From positions 32,001 through 96,000 of the forward strand of contig JBKHHD010000001.1 in the NCBI GenBank assembly GCA_046539325.1: DNA of 64,000 bases, given 5' to 3'. Position 1 is the stretch's first letter; each line of letters opens with the position of its first letter. The notes below the pieces were generated by a model. That model was given only the letters and a program-made list of their open reading frames with translations, made no database searches and was not told where the DNA came from. The stretch comes from Candidatus Aenigmatarchaeota archaeon (GTDB lineage: Archaea; Aenigmatarchaeota; Aenigmatarchaeia; PWEA01). This document shows positions 38,726 to 48,129 of this stretch, piece by piece. The translations under genes were made by a program, and so were the position numbers.

Positions 38726-39313
38726 ATGACTGATTTAATGGAAAGAGAAAGGTACGTCGATTCAGGAGTACATTTAGGAATGAGGAAGAGATCCAAGGAG
38801 ATGGAGCCTTTTATTTTCAAGACCAGGCCAGACGGCCTTTCTATAATAAACATTGAGAAGATAGACAACAGAATAGATGTAGCTTCATCCTTTTTGAGCA
38901 GGTTCGACAAGATAATGTTTGCTGGGAGAAAGGAGGGCGCAGTGCCCGTACTAAAATTGGTAGATGAAGCAACCGACTTCGAGGTTGAGTACGGAAGGTT
39001 TATGCCAGGAACGCTTACCAATCCTTCCTTCGATGATTACACTGAGCCTGATGTACTTGTCGTAGCAGACTCAATAATCGATGAACAGGCTGTCTCAGAA
39101 GCAATAAAGAAAAGGATTCCTGTAGTAGCTGTATGTGATAGCTTTACCAACCTCGACTATGTAGATCTTATAATCCCAGGTAATAACAAAGGAAGAAAAA
39201 GTCTCGGTGCTATATTCTACCTCCTTACAAGAGAAATTCTGAAGAAGAGGGATGAAATAGAGGGGGAAGAGTTTGGCTACGAGCTATCGGACTTCACAGG
39301 AGAAGAGGAGTAG
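38726..39313 (+). CDS. rps2: 30S ribosomal protein S2
   Basis: SGVHLG, FIFKTRPDGL, GRFMPGTLTNP, IIPGNNKGRKSL. Confidence 0.96.
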   Translation: MTDLMERERYVDSGVHLGMRKRSKEMEPFIFKTRPDGLSIINIEKIDNRIDVASSFLSRFDKIMFAGRKEGAVPVLKLVDEATDFEVEYGRFMPGTLTNPSFDDYTEPDVLVVADSIIDEQAVSEAIKKRIPVVAVCDSFTNLDYVDLIIPGNNKGRKSLGAIFYLLTREILKKRDEIEGEEFGYELSDFTGEEE

Positions 39314-39358
39314 GCTGACATATTTATTAATCTCAACAACGAATTATTCTAAGGGTGT

Positions 39359-40216
39359 TTGGATATTATAATACGAAACTCAGCCGCTGCTGGACAGTTC
39401 TATCCCAGAAGTTCGAGGGATATAGAATCAATGATAGACAAGTTTTCAAGGAGAGCAGACGTTGAGAAAAGAGACGTATTAGGCGGCGTGGTTCCACATG
39501 CAGGTTACATGTACTGTGGAGAAACACAGGCACACGTTTACGAATCAATCCTCGATGATACAAGCACTTTTGTTATACTCGGACCCAACCACTCAAGCCA
39601 GGGAACTTCGGAAGCGATAATGACGAGCGGGATGTGGAAGACACCTCTTGGTGGTGCAAGGATAGACACTGACCTTGCTAACTCAATACTGCAAAACTCC
39701 GACTATCTCGAGGACGACTATACAGCCCACAACCAGGAGCACTCAATAGAGGTTCAGCTTCCCTGGCTACAAAAAAAGTTCAGAGACTTCAACTTCGTTC
39801 CAATATCTATGAGCAAACATGATCTTAAGAGAGGGCAAGATATAGGAAAGGCCCTGAGGAAAGCTAGAGAAGAAACTTCAGAGAAGTTTGTAGTACTTGC
39901 TTCCTCTGACTTTACACATTTTGGAACTTCTTATGGATACAAGCCTGTGACGGGTGGCATAGGGAAAAAGCTTGACTACATAAAGAAGATAGACACAGAA
40001 GCAGCTTCTGCCGTAGAAAAGCTTTCACCGGAAACGTTCGTCGACACAGTCGAAAGGTACAACGCTACCATATGTGGTGTTGGACCAATTGTATCCATGC
40101 TTTATTATTTAGAAGATATTGCGAAGGGGGGCGATCTCCTCGACTATTCGACTTCGTACGAGGTATCGAAGAACGAGGACTCTATGGTAGGATACTGCGG
40201 AATAGTACTGGAGTGA
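39359..40216 (+). CDS. MEMO1 family protein (AmmeMemoRadiSam protein B-like)
   Basis: AAGQFYP, VPHAGYMYCG, LGPNH, EHSIEVQLPWLQ, ASSDFTHFG, TICG; start TTG 39359 or ATT 39365. Confidence 0.92.
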   Translation: MDIIIRNSAAAGQFYPRSSRDIESMIDKFSRRADVEKRDVLGGVVPHAGYMYCGETQAHVYESILDDTSTFVILGPNHSSQGTSEAIMTSGMWKTPLGGARIDTDLANSILQNSDYLEDDYTAHNQEHSIEVQLPWLQKKFRDFNFVPISMSKHDLKRGQDIGKALRKAREETSEKFVVLASSDFTHFGTSYGYKPVTGGIGKKLDYIKKIDTEAASAVEKLSPETFVDTVERYNATICGVGPIVSMLYYLEDIAKGGDLLDYSTSYEVSKNEDSMVGYCGIVLE

Positions 40217-40220
40217 AAAA

Positions 40221-41897
40221 ATGAAGAAAGAGGTAAAGGAAAGCATAAGGAAGTACGCGCTTCGGAATGCGCTGCAGCATGATGGAGAAGCTGATACAAA
40301 CGCTGTTCTTGGTGGAGTTATGTCCGATCATGATGTAGAGCCGAAGGAAATAATTGAAAAGGTACAGAAAATCGTCGCTGAAGTCAACAAACTCTCAAAA
40401 AAGGACCAGGAAGACGAAGCGGAGGAAATGGATGTGGTTCTTGAAACCGAAAAGGAGGAAAGCGAAGGCTTACCTGAGCTTCCTGAAGAGGAAGAAGGAA
40501 ATGTAATAACAAGGGCAGCACCAAATCCAAACGGGCCGTTCCATCTAGGCAACAGCAGAGCTTATATACTATCTTACATCTACGCAAACAGGAACGACGG
40601 AAGGTTCATCCTTAGATACGATGACACAAACCCCTCGAGTCCTGAAAAGTCACCGAAGAAAAAGTTCTACAGATGGATAGAAGAAGACCTAGAGTGGCTA
40701 GGATGCAAGCCTGATCTAATTATAAGAGCTTCAGAGAGGCTCGACATATACTACGAGTTCGCCTACGAACTTATTGAAGATGAGAAGGCCTACGTATGTA
40801 CCTGTAACCCGGACAAGTGGAAAAAGCTGAGGGATGAAGGTAAGGCCTGTCCCTGTAGAAGCAAGGATTCGGAAGAGCACGTGGATAGATGGCACAAGAT
40901 GCAGGACGGCGACTACGAAGAAGGTGAGGCGGTCGTAAGAATAAAAACAGATATAGAGCACAAGGACCCTGCACAGAGGGACTGGCCCGCGTTCCGAATA
41001 CTCAAGGACCACAACCACCCACACGTTTCGCAGGACTACGTAGTCTGGCCACTATACAACTTTGCTTCAGCAGTAGACGACCACGAGCTGAACGTTACCC
41101 ATATCTTCAGGGCAGAGGAGCATTCAACTAATACAGAAAATCAGAAGCACCTGTACGACCACCTCGGCTGGGAATACCCAAACACTGCCCACCATGGTTT
41201 CCTATCGCTTAAGGGAGCAGTTCTGTCAACAAGCACTATAAGAAATGGGATAAATAACGGCAAGTACAGCGGCTGGGATGATCCGAGGCTGGGAACTATA
41301 AGAGCTCTGAGGAGACGGGGTTTCCAGCCAGAGGCAATACATAGGCTTATAAAGAAATACGGAATAAAGAGCTCCAACGCAGAGGTTTCTATGGAGGAGT
41401 TCACAAGCATTAACAGGAAGGTAGTGGATCCGGAGGCACTGAGATATTTCTTCGTGAAGGATCCTATTAAGTTGAAGGTCAAAGATCCAGGAAAGAAGGG
41501 TACAGTAAAGCTCACCGTGCATCCAGAGAAAGAAGGAGAAAGGGAGTTGGAGGTTGGAAACACCTTCTTCATCGAGAGAGAAGACTTTGAATCCAACCGT
41601 GGAAAAACGATACGTCTCAAAGGACTTTACAATATAGAAATCCCCGAGAAAGGGAAGGACTGTAAATATTCCGGTGACGATATAGTTCAGAAAATGCCGA
41701 AGGTCCATTGGCTTCCAGACAAAGAAGGTGAAACTGTTGAAGCAGAAGTTGTTATGCCGAGCGCTGAAAGGAAAGAGGGTATAGCGGAGAGAAACGTACT
41801 GGAGGAAGAGGTAGGCAATGTTCTACAGTTCGAAAGGTTCGGGTTCGTTAGGCTTGACGACAAAGAAGATTTAACCTTCTATTTTACTCACAAATAG
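40221..41897 (+). CDS. gltX: Glutamyl-tRNA synthetase (archaeal type)
   Basis: RAAPNPNGPFHLGN, RYDDTNP, WPLYNF, LSTS, GWDDPRLGT, QFERFGFVRLD. Confidence 0.96.
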   Translation: MKKEVKESIRKYALRNALQHDGEADTNAVLGGVMSDHDVEPKEIIEKVQKIVAEVNKLSKKDQEDEAEEMDVVLETEKEESEGLPELPEEEEGNVITRAAPNPNGPFHLGNSRAYILSYIYANRNDGRFILRYDDTNPSSPEKSPKKKFYRWIEEDLEWLGCKPDLIIRASERLDIYYEFAYELIEDEKAYVCTCNPDKWKKLRDEGKACPCRSKDSEEHVDRWHKMQDGDYEEGEAVVRIKTDIEHKDPAQRDWPAFRILKDHNHPHVSQDYVVWPLYNFASAVDDHELNVTHIFRAEEHSTNTENQKHLYDHLGWEYPNTAHHGFLSLKGAVLSTSTIRNGINNGKYSGWDDPRLGTIRALRRRGFQPEAIHRLIKKYGIKSSNAEVSMEEFTSINRKVVDPEALRYFFVKDPIKLKVKDPGKKGTVKLTVHPEKEGERELEVGNTFFIEREDFESNRGKTIRLKGLYNIEIPEKGKDCKYSGDDIVQKMPKVHWLPDKEGETVEAEVVMPSAERKEGIAERNVLEEEVGNVLQFERFGFVRLDDKEDLTFYFTHK

Positions 41898-41911
41898 CGA
41901 CTGTAAAAAGC

Positions 41912-42023
41912 TTTAAATACTTTAAAACATTTAGAAAATCAAGCCTGAAGACAAAGCTTCGGGTCTGGTCTAACCGGCCAAGATGAAAATCACTGATGAA
42001 ACAAAAAAATGAGAGGTGATTGG
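41912..42023 (+). promoter_or_regulatory. rpl7ae promoter and structured leader of about 80 nt
   Basis: TTTAAATA at 41912; hairpins GCCTGAAG/CTTCGGGT and TGGTC/GGCCA; GATGA...CTGA motif; SD GAGGTGA. Confidence 0.55.
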
Positions 42024-42395
42024 ATGGCAGATTACGTAAAATTTAATGTTTCGGAAGAACTTGAAGATACAACACTTGAAGCACTTGAGACTGCAAGAGC
42101 TACAGGTAAGCTCAGCATCGGCACAAACGAGGTAACCAAGGCTGTTGAAAGAGGTAACGCAGATCTAGTAATAATAGCCGAAGATGTTGACCCACCTGAA
42201 GTAGTAATGCACCTACCAGCTATCTGTGAAGAAAAGTCTATTCCTTACACCTTCGTAGGTGAGAAGGAAGAGCTTGGTAGAGCTTGTGGTCTAACTGTTC
42301 AGACGGCCTCAGCAGCTATAACTGAAGCAGGAGACGCCGAAGGTCTCATAGAAGAAGTCGTCGATGAGGTAAAAACTTTAAAAACTACAGAGTAA
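42024..42395 (+). CDS. rpl7ae: 50S ribosomal protein L7Ae
   Basis: [38 protein letters not shown]. Confidence 0.97.
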   Translation: MADYVKFNVSEELEDTTLEALETARATGKLSIGTNEVTKAVERGNADLVIIAEDVDPPEVVMHLPAICEEKSIPYTFVGEKEELGRACGLTVQTASAAITEAGDAEGLIEEVVDEVKTLKTTE

Positions 42396-42406
42396 AATGA
42401 TGCGCT

Positions 42407-42610
42407 ATGGCAGAAGAAGCTGTTCCAGGAAAAGTAGTTCAGATTTTAGGTAGAAGTGGCGTAGGGGACGTAACCAGAGTTAGATGTAAGGTTCTCGAAG
42501 GACAGGACGAAGGCAAGGTACTTACGAGAAACGTGATGGGCCCCGTAAAGAAAGGCGACATCCTTATGCTCAAAGAAACAGAGATGGAATCAGGAGGAAG
42601 AATGGGATAG
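42407..42610 (+). CDS. rps28e: 30S ribosomal protein S28e
   Basis: [22 protein letters not shown]...[19 protein letters not shown]. Confidence 0.95.
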   Translation: MAEEAVPGKVVQILGRSGVGDVTRVRCKVLEGQDEGKVLTRNVMGPVKKGDILMLKETEMESGGRMG

Positions 42611-42617
42611 TGATAAG

Positions 42618-42773
42618 ATGGAATGTACATTTTGTGGCGAAAAGATAGACAAAGGCGAAGGGAAAATAGTCGTAGATAAAACTGGAAAGAGCTTCTTCTA
42701 CTGTTCTTCAAAGTGTGAGAAAAACCATCAAAAGCTAGGCAGAGAACCAAAAAATACTGAATGGGTGAAATAG
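42618..42773 (+). CDS. rpl24e: 50S ribosomal protein L24e
   Basis: MECTFCGEKIDKGEGKIVVDKTGKSFFYCSSKCEKNHQKLGREPKNTEWVK*; below ORF-track cutoff. Confidence 0.93.
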   Translation: MECTFCGEKIDKGEGKIVVDKTGKSFFYCSSKCEKNHQKLGREPKNTEWVK

Positions 42774-42774
42774 T

Positions 42775-43422
42775 ATGAAGCTTTTAATTTTCGGTCCTCC
42801 GGGTTCCGGGAAAGGAACCTACTCATCTGAAATCGAAGAGAGAATAGACGTAGAACATATAGCTACAGGCGACATGTTCAGAGAAGCCGTGAAGAAGGAC
42901 ACAGAACTTGGGAATAAAGTAGAAGAGTACCTTGATAAAGGCGAACTAGTTCCTGACGAGCTTGTCAACGAAGTTGTAAGAGAAAAGCTCAAGGAAATGG
43001 GTATGGAAGGTTTTATACTCGACGGATATCCGAGAACTGTCGAACAGGCAAAGTTCCTTGAGAATCTTGTCGACATAGACGCCTTGATACTACTTGACGT
43101 CACAGATGAAATAATAATTGAAAGGCTTTCTTCGAGAAGGATCTGCAAGGAATGTGGCGAAGTTTTCAACAAGCTGTTCAATCCACCAGAGGAAGAAGGA
43201 GTATGTGATGAGTGTGGCGGGAAGCTTTATCAGAGAAAGGACGACAAGCCAGACGTAATAAGGGACAGGATAGATACCTACGAAGAGAGGTCTGAACCCG
43301 TTATAAACTACTTTGAAGGAAAGATTCCATTTGTAGTCAACAAATGCAGAGAAGCCAACGCACCAATAGATGGAATGGTAGACAATATAATAGAAGGGCT
43401 TAAGGAAAAGGACCTTGTCTAG
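42775..43422 (+). CDS. adk: Adenylate kinase, bacterial-type with Zn-binding LID
   Basis: GPPGSGKGT, TGDMFR, GELVPD, LDGYPRT..QA, CKECG...CDECG, QRKDD. Confidence 0.95.
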   Translation: MKLLIFGPPGSGKGTYSSEIEERIDVEHIATGDMFREAVKKDTELGNKVEEYLDKGELVPDELVNEVVREKLKEMGMEGFILDGYPRTVEQAKFLENLVDIDALILLDVTDEIIIERLSSRRICKECGEVFNKLFNPPEEEGVCDECGGKLYQRKDDKPDVIRDRIDTYEERSEPVINYFEGKIPFVVNKCREANAPIDGMVDNIIEGLKEKDLV

Positions 43423-44885
43423 TTCTTAAGGAGACCTTTGTTCTTGGCGTATTTTCCGTAGGATTCAAACTCTAGAAGGTCTTCATCCTCTTTCCCGATC
43501 CAGGAGTCAACGCTTCTTTCCTTCTTTCTTTGCTTCTCTTTTATCTTCTCTGTAACAGTTATATCAAAGGCATCTGAGCCAGCGCCAGATCCGTAGGAGG
43601 TTACAAATATTCTGTCACCTGGTGACGCCTGGTCAAATATTCTGCAGAGGCCAAGAGGAACGCAAGCAGAGTAAGTATTCCCTATCCAGTCAACAACTAT
43701 AGTAGGCTCTATCTGATCCTCCGTGAAGCCCAGTCTTTTACCTACCTTCCGGGGGAATTTCCTGTTCGGTTGATGGAAAAGAGCGTAGTCGTAGTCCTCT
43801 GGATCCGTTCCTTGCTTCTCCATAAGCCTCTTAGCAGCTTCTTCTATATGCTTGAAGTAGGCTGGCTCGCCAGTAAATCTTCCGAAGTGGACCGGAAACT
43901 CTTCGGCCTCGCCACGTACGAAGTCAGGCGTATCGGAAGTAAAGGATTCGTAGGCGTTTATGACAGCGATGGGATCTTTTGAGCCTATCATTATAGCAGC
44001 TGAACCATCGCCTGCAGTATATTTCAAGGCATCGCCAGGTCTTGCCTGCGACGAATCAGAACCTATTGCAAGCCCGTAATCTATTGTACCGGCCTTTACG
44101 GAGTCATGTGCATCTATGATGGCCTGTGTTCCTGCCTTACAGGCGAACTCAAAGTCAACACACTGTTCATCAGCACCTATAAGTTCCGCGACAACAGAAG
44201 CCGTCGGCTTCACGGCGTAAGGATGCGACTCCGATCCAACCATTATCTTTCCTATATTTGAAGGGTCAACACCGCTCGTTTCTAAGCAGTTCAAAGCGGA
44301 GTTCATAGCGTAAGCGCCAGGATCATCCCATTTTCCTGGGAAGCTCTTGACTAAACCCTCGACGTCCTCGCCCCAGACCTCAGCTATATCCTCAGATCTT
44401 ATCCTCTTCCTAGGAACGTAAACTCCGTAATCAACTATACCAACACCTTCATTAACATCACACTCACCTTCGGAAGGCTCAGGAGAATGGTATTCGTTTC
44501 TTTCGCGCCACAGATATGTGTAGAACCTGAGCTCGTTTGAAATGCCAAGAAGGCCTATTTGTGCTTCTACCTCTTTACCTGATGCTCTCTCATCAGTATC
44601 TATGATGCCCGGTGCTTTGAAATCAATTCCTTTAAGGGTTATGAGACCAACGGTGTAAGGAATCTTTTCATCGAGGTTAAAGTCAGATGTAGATTTCCTG
44701 ACCACGGAAGAAGAGTACACTTTGCCCTTTTTTGGTAATTCAGTGTTCTCCAACTTTCCTTCCCTTCCACAGTCACTGCAGAAGTTTCTCGAGGAGAGAT
44801 AGATCTTGCCGCATTTCTTGCATTTCTTTCCTCTGAGATACCTCAGGTCCAAAGTTCTCCTGTATTCAGGTGCTGTTCTTTCCAT
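43419..44885 (-). CDS. DUF35 (Zn ribbon-OB) / hydroxymethylglutaryl-CoA synthase fusion
   Basis: N-terminal LRGKKCKKCG...FCSDCG...GKVYSSSVV...PYTVGLITL; then VGIVDYGVYVPR.RI, GSESHPYAVKP, EFACKAGT, FHQPN, IGNTYS, SYGSGAGSD. Confidence 0.92.
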   Translation of the reverse strand: MERTAPEYRRTLDLRYLRGKKCKKCGKIYLSSRNFCSDCGREGKLENTELPKKGKVYSSSVVRKSTSDFNLDEKIPYTVGLITLKGIDFKAPGIIDTDERASGKEVEAQIGLLGISNELRFYTYLWRERNEYHSPEPSEGECDVNEGVGIVDYGVYVPRKRIRSEDIAEVWGEDVEGLVKSFPGKWDDPGAYAMNSALNCLETSGVDPSNIGKIMVGSESHPYAVKPTASVVAELIGADEQCVDFEFACKAGTQAIIDAHDSVKAGTIDYGLAIGSDSSQARPGDALKYTAGDGSAAIMIGSKDPIAVINAYESFTSDTPDFVRGEAEEFPVHFGRFTGEPAYFKHIEEAAKRLMEKQGTDPEDYDYALFHQPNRKFPRKVGKRLGFTEDQIEPTIVVDWIGNTYSACVPLGLCRIFDQASPGDRIFVTSYGSGAGSDAFDITVTEKIKEKQRKKERSVDSWIGKEDEDLLEFESYGKYAKNKGLLKN

Positions 44886-44889
44886 AATA

Positions 44890-46113
44890 TCATCGTGGTT
44901 TTCTCAAAAGGCTTACTACAGCTGTTCCTCCGCTACCACCAACGTTGTGTGTGATGCCGACTTCGGCTCCAGGGACCTGTCTTTCACCTGCTTCATCCCT
45001 CAGCTGCTCTGTAATCTCCACTGCCTGGGCTATACCGGTAGCTCCTACAGGATGCCCCTTTGCCTTAAGCCCTCCCGAAGTATTTACAAACAGTTCCCCT
45101 CCGTCTGGAAGCTCGTAGGGCACAGGAACTTCTTTATTATTACAGTCTTTCAGGCTCTTCTCCATCCACTTCCACCCTTCCTTCTTTGGATAGAAACCTA
45201 GGTCCTCAAGAGCCAGGACTTCGGCTATGGAAAAACAGTCATGAACCTCGGCAACATCGACGTCCTTCGGTCCAAATCCAGAGGATTCGTAGACGCGCTC
45301 AGCAGCCTTTTTCGTAGAGACAAGGGTAAGTATATCATCCCTTTCGAAGAGTGCTATAGAGTCGTTTACGCCTTGCACGTCCTCCAGTAGTACGTAGTCC
45401 GTTCCTAACTCCTCCGCCTTCCTCACCGTTGTCATTATAAGGGCAGCTGCCCCGTCCGCTATGCCCGAAGAGTTAAGAAGTTTGGTCGGGCTGGCCACAG
45501 GGAAGGAGTTCTTTACCTTTTTGTGTGAGACTTCAAAGGAATACTGCGCCCTTGGGTTCTCTGAGGCGTGCTTATGGCTCTTTACAGCTATATAATCAAA
45601 GTCTTCTTCCTCAGCATCGGTTTCCCTCAAATACCTGTCCTTCAGCATTCCGTAAAGAGCTGGAAATGTAAATCCTACCTCCTTTCCCATATCGGAGGCA
45701 GCGCTCAGTATCTTTGTCGCCTCATCCGTAGACTTATCTGTCATCTTTTCAAAGCCGCCCGCCATAACGATCCTGTCCTCGTCATGGTGGATTCCAGCCA
45801 AAACGTCATTAAAGGAAGCTTCTAATGCAAGACCCCCGGAAGAACATGCTCCTTCTATTCTCCTACCAAGGACCTGCGACTCAGGATTACTATCAAAGAC
45901 TTCGGAAAAAACCTTTGAAGCTGTATGTTCCTGGCCACCAAACATTCCAAGGGACATATTCCCAAGGAAAAACTTCTCTATGTCATTCTTTTTTATTCCC
46001 GCATCCTCAAGAGCCTCTAGACCTGCTTCCTCAACAAGTTCAATCCAAGAACTGTCCCACAGTTCCCCAAACTCAGTATGGCCTACTCCAATGATAGCTA
46101 CCTTCTCTTTCAT
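44890..46113 (-). CDS. Acetyl-CoA acetyltransferase (archaeal thiolase)
   Basis: EGACSSGG, DGAAA, AEVHDCF, NTSGGLKAKGHPVGATG, HNVGGSG. Confidence 0.95.
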   Translation of the reverse strand: MKEKVAIIGVGHTEFGELWDSSWIELVEEAGLEALEDAGIKKNDIEKFFLGNMSLGMFGGQEHTASKVFSEVFDSNPESQVLGRRIEGACSSGGLALEASFNDVLAGIHHDEDRIVMAGGFEKMTDKSTDEATKILSAASDMGKEVGFTFPALYGMLKDRYLRETDAEEEDFDYIAVKSHKHASENPRAQYSFEVSHKKVKNSFPVASPTKLLNSSGIADGAAALIMTTVRKAEELGTDYVLLEDVQGVNDSIALFERDDILTLVSTKKAAERVYESSGFGPKDVDVAEVHDCFSIAEVLALEDLGFYPKKEGWKWMEKSLKDCNNKEVPVPYELPDGGELFVNTSGGLKAKGHPVGATGIAQAVEITEQLRDEAGERQVPGAEVGITHNVGGSGGTAVVSLLRKPR

Positions 46114-46189
46114 TAGAAGATATTAGTATTTCCTAGGCTTAAAAAACTTTCGACAAAAGGAACATGATGCATAGCACATTTGTCGATTA

Positions 46190-47431
46190 CTACTTTACAA
46201 TTCCGTAACCAATCAGACGCCATTTGTTTTCAATCTGCCGTGAGATGGCTATTCTCTCGCCCAGGTCAGTACATATTGGAAGCTTAAGTTTGATCTCTGC
46301 TTCCTCGTTGCCGTCAACAACTCTTGCAGAAGTAACTACTCCGGCAGTCTTTGACGTACCTGCTGTAAGCATAAGTGGTTCGTTTGTCTTGACCTCCTCC
46401 ACTTCCCTCTGGCCCTCAACTCCGGCGACCTCATCAAAGGTATGTATCTCAAGGGTAAGCTCCTCTATCAGGTCAGGAAGCTCGCCAGGGTATCCAACAA
46501 CGGAACCAGAGAAGTTGTCGCTTTTCGTAAAGGAAGGATCGAGCTTCGTCTGAACTCCCAGAAGTCCACCAGGCCCTGCCTTATCCAAGCTCTTGCCGAC
46601 CTTCTCCATGGCCACTATTTCAGTTTTTATCGGATGCATTCCATCGTCCTTATGGATCCCAGGCCTTATTTCTATCTCGTCCCCAACACTTAGCTCTCCT
46701 TGTATGATACTCCCGCCTATTACACCGCCCTTAATGTCATCTATAGTCGTGCCTGGCTTGTTCACATCAAAGGATCTGGCTGCCATAATTCTAGGGCTAG
46801 CCTCAGGATCCCTATCGGGTGTAGGTATCCCATCCTGTATAGCTTGAAGTACTGCATCGACGTTAACCCTCTGAAGAGCAGATACAGGTATTATAGGAGC
46901 GTCCTCAGCGACGGTTCCTTCGACAAACTCCTTTATTTCCTCATAGCTTTCCCTGGCCCTCTCTTCAGAAACTCTGTCTACCTTGTTCTGAACTATAACA
47001 ATATTGTCTATACCTGCTATATCCAAGGTTTTGAGATGCTCCGCTGTCTGAGGCTGGGGGCATGGCTCGTCGGCAGATATAACAAAGAGACAGCCGTCCA
47101 TTAGGGCAGCTCCTGAAAGAACAGTTCCCATAAGGGTCTTGTGGCCAGGTACATCCACCAGAGATATGGTTCTTTGTGGCTCCGTGTCCTCGAAACATGT
47201 CGGGCATTTGTCGGTGGTGCAGTAACAGCTTGGTTCATCACAGTCCTGGCACTTGTATATAGTAGCGTCTGCATAACCAAGCCTTATAGTTATTCCTCTC
47301 TTTATCTCCTCTGAATGTGTGTCAGCCCACTTACCGGAAATAGCCTGCGCTAGTGTACTCTTCCCGTGGTCCACGTGGCCCATTAGACCTATATTTACCT
47401 TCGGTATGAGCCTTTCATCTGGATCTTCCAT
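46190..47431 (-). CDS. eif2g: Translation initiation factor 2 gamma subunit
   Basis: NIGLMGHVDHGKS, EIKRGITIRLGYA, DVPGH, PQPQTAEH, RSFDVNKPG, WRLIGYG. Confidence 0.97.
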   Translation of the reverse strand: MEDPDERLIPKVNIGLMGHVDHGKSTLAQAISGKWADTHSEEIKRGITIRLGYADATIYKCQDCDEPSCYCTTDKCPTCFEDTEPQRTISLVDVPGHKTLMGTVLSGAALMDGCLFVISADEPCPQPQTAEHLKTLDIAGIDNIVIVQNKVDRVSEERARESYEEIKEFVEGTVAEDAPIIPVSALQRVNVDAVLQAIQDGIPTPDRDPEASPRIMAARSFDVNKPGTTIDDIKGGVIGGSIIQGELSVGDEIEIRPGIHKDDGMHPIKTEIVAMEKVGKSLDKAGPGGLLGVQTKLDPSFTKSDNFSGSVVGYPGELPDLIEELTLEIHTFDEVAGVEGQREVEEVKTNEPLMLTAGTSKTAGVVTSARVVDGNEEAEIKLKLPICTDLGERIAISRQIENKWRLIGYGIVK

Positions 47432-47443
47432 GAATCATCCCAT

Positions 47444-47851
47444 TTATTCTTCCTCTTCTTCCGATCCTTCTTCGCTTTCCTCTGAGCCGAGAAGGTCGTC
47501 TATGTCCTCAGCATCGCTATCCCTTTCGACCACCTTCGCATTGATCTGAACTATATCCTCAGAAATTACTTCTCCTCTAACTGATTTTCTTCTCTTCACA
47601 CCGCTGTCCTCGGGCCTGTAACCAGGACCTTCCCCCATGAGGACTCTTCTTCTTCCGCTTCCGTGAACTCCCTTCCTCATTGGAAATCCTTCCTCGTCGC
47701 TTCCTCCTGTGACTTCAAGAATGTATCCTTCTAAGCCTACTAAAGAACCGTTGAACTCTTCGCCTAGCTCGGTTCCTATAAGCGGTGTGGCTTCCTTCTC
47801 CACCTGCCAGGATTTGCCTTCTTTAGGATCGGAAATGCTTATCTTGAAAAT
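47444..47851 (-). CDS. rps6e: 30S ribosomal protein S6e (probable ATT start; track ATG 47890 is the alternative)
   Basis: FKISISDP, VTGGSDEEGFPMR, RRKSVRG.VIS.DIVQIN; GAGGTGA-5nt-ATT TTC AAG. Confidence 0.93.
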   Translation of the reverse strand: MFKISISDPKEGKSWQVEKEATPLIGTELGEEFNGSLVGLEGYILEVTGGSDEEGFPMRKGVHGSGRRRVLMGEGPGYRPEDSGVKRRKSVRGEVISEDIVQINAKVVERDSDAEDIDDLLGSEESEEGSEEEEE

Positions 47852-47856
47852 ATCGA

Positions 47857-47918
47857 TCACCTCGCCCAGATCAGTTTCATCTCCGGGCATTCATGAAAGA
47901 AATAGCAAGCTATTTAAA
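47857..47918 (-). promoter_or_regulatory. rps6e promoter and K-loop hairpin abutting the SD
   Basis: TTTAAATA 47918-11; GCCCGGA-GAU-GA-AACU-GA-UCUGGGC (47888-64) immediately followed by GAGGUGA. Confidence 0.65.
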
Positions 47919-47939
47919 GATTACGGCTTGTGAAGCCCT

Positions 47940-48086
47940 TTACAATAGTTTCTTATCCTCGTATCTATTTTCTTCAGTTAAATCCTCCTTTTTATGTTCC
48001 TTGCTGCCACCAACAAAAGAAAGGACTTCAGAATCCATTCCATTTTGAAGATATACTTCATGTCTACCTGGTTTTGAATCAGCCAT
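47940..48086 (-). CDS. Putative 48-aa hypothetical protein
   Basis: AGTGA-taac-ATG; MADSKPGRHEVYLQNGMDSEVLSFVGGSKEHKKEDLTEENRYEDKKLL*; fills the gap between infB and the rps6e promoter. Confidence 0.45.
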   Translation of the reverse strand: MADSKPGRHEVYLQNGMDSEVLSFVGGSKEHKKEDLTEENRYEDKKLL

Positions 48087-48129
48087 GTTATCACTGTATA
48101 ATTACAACTCATTACTTAAATAGTTTTCC

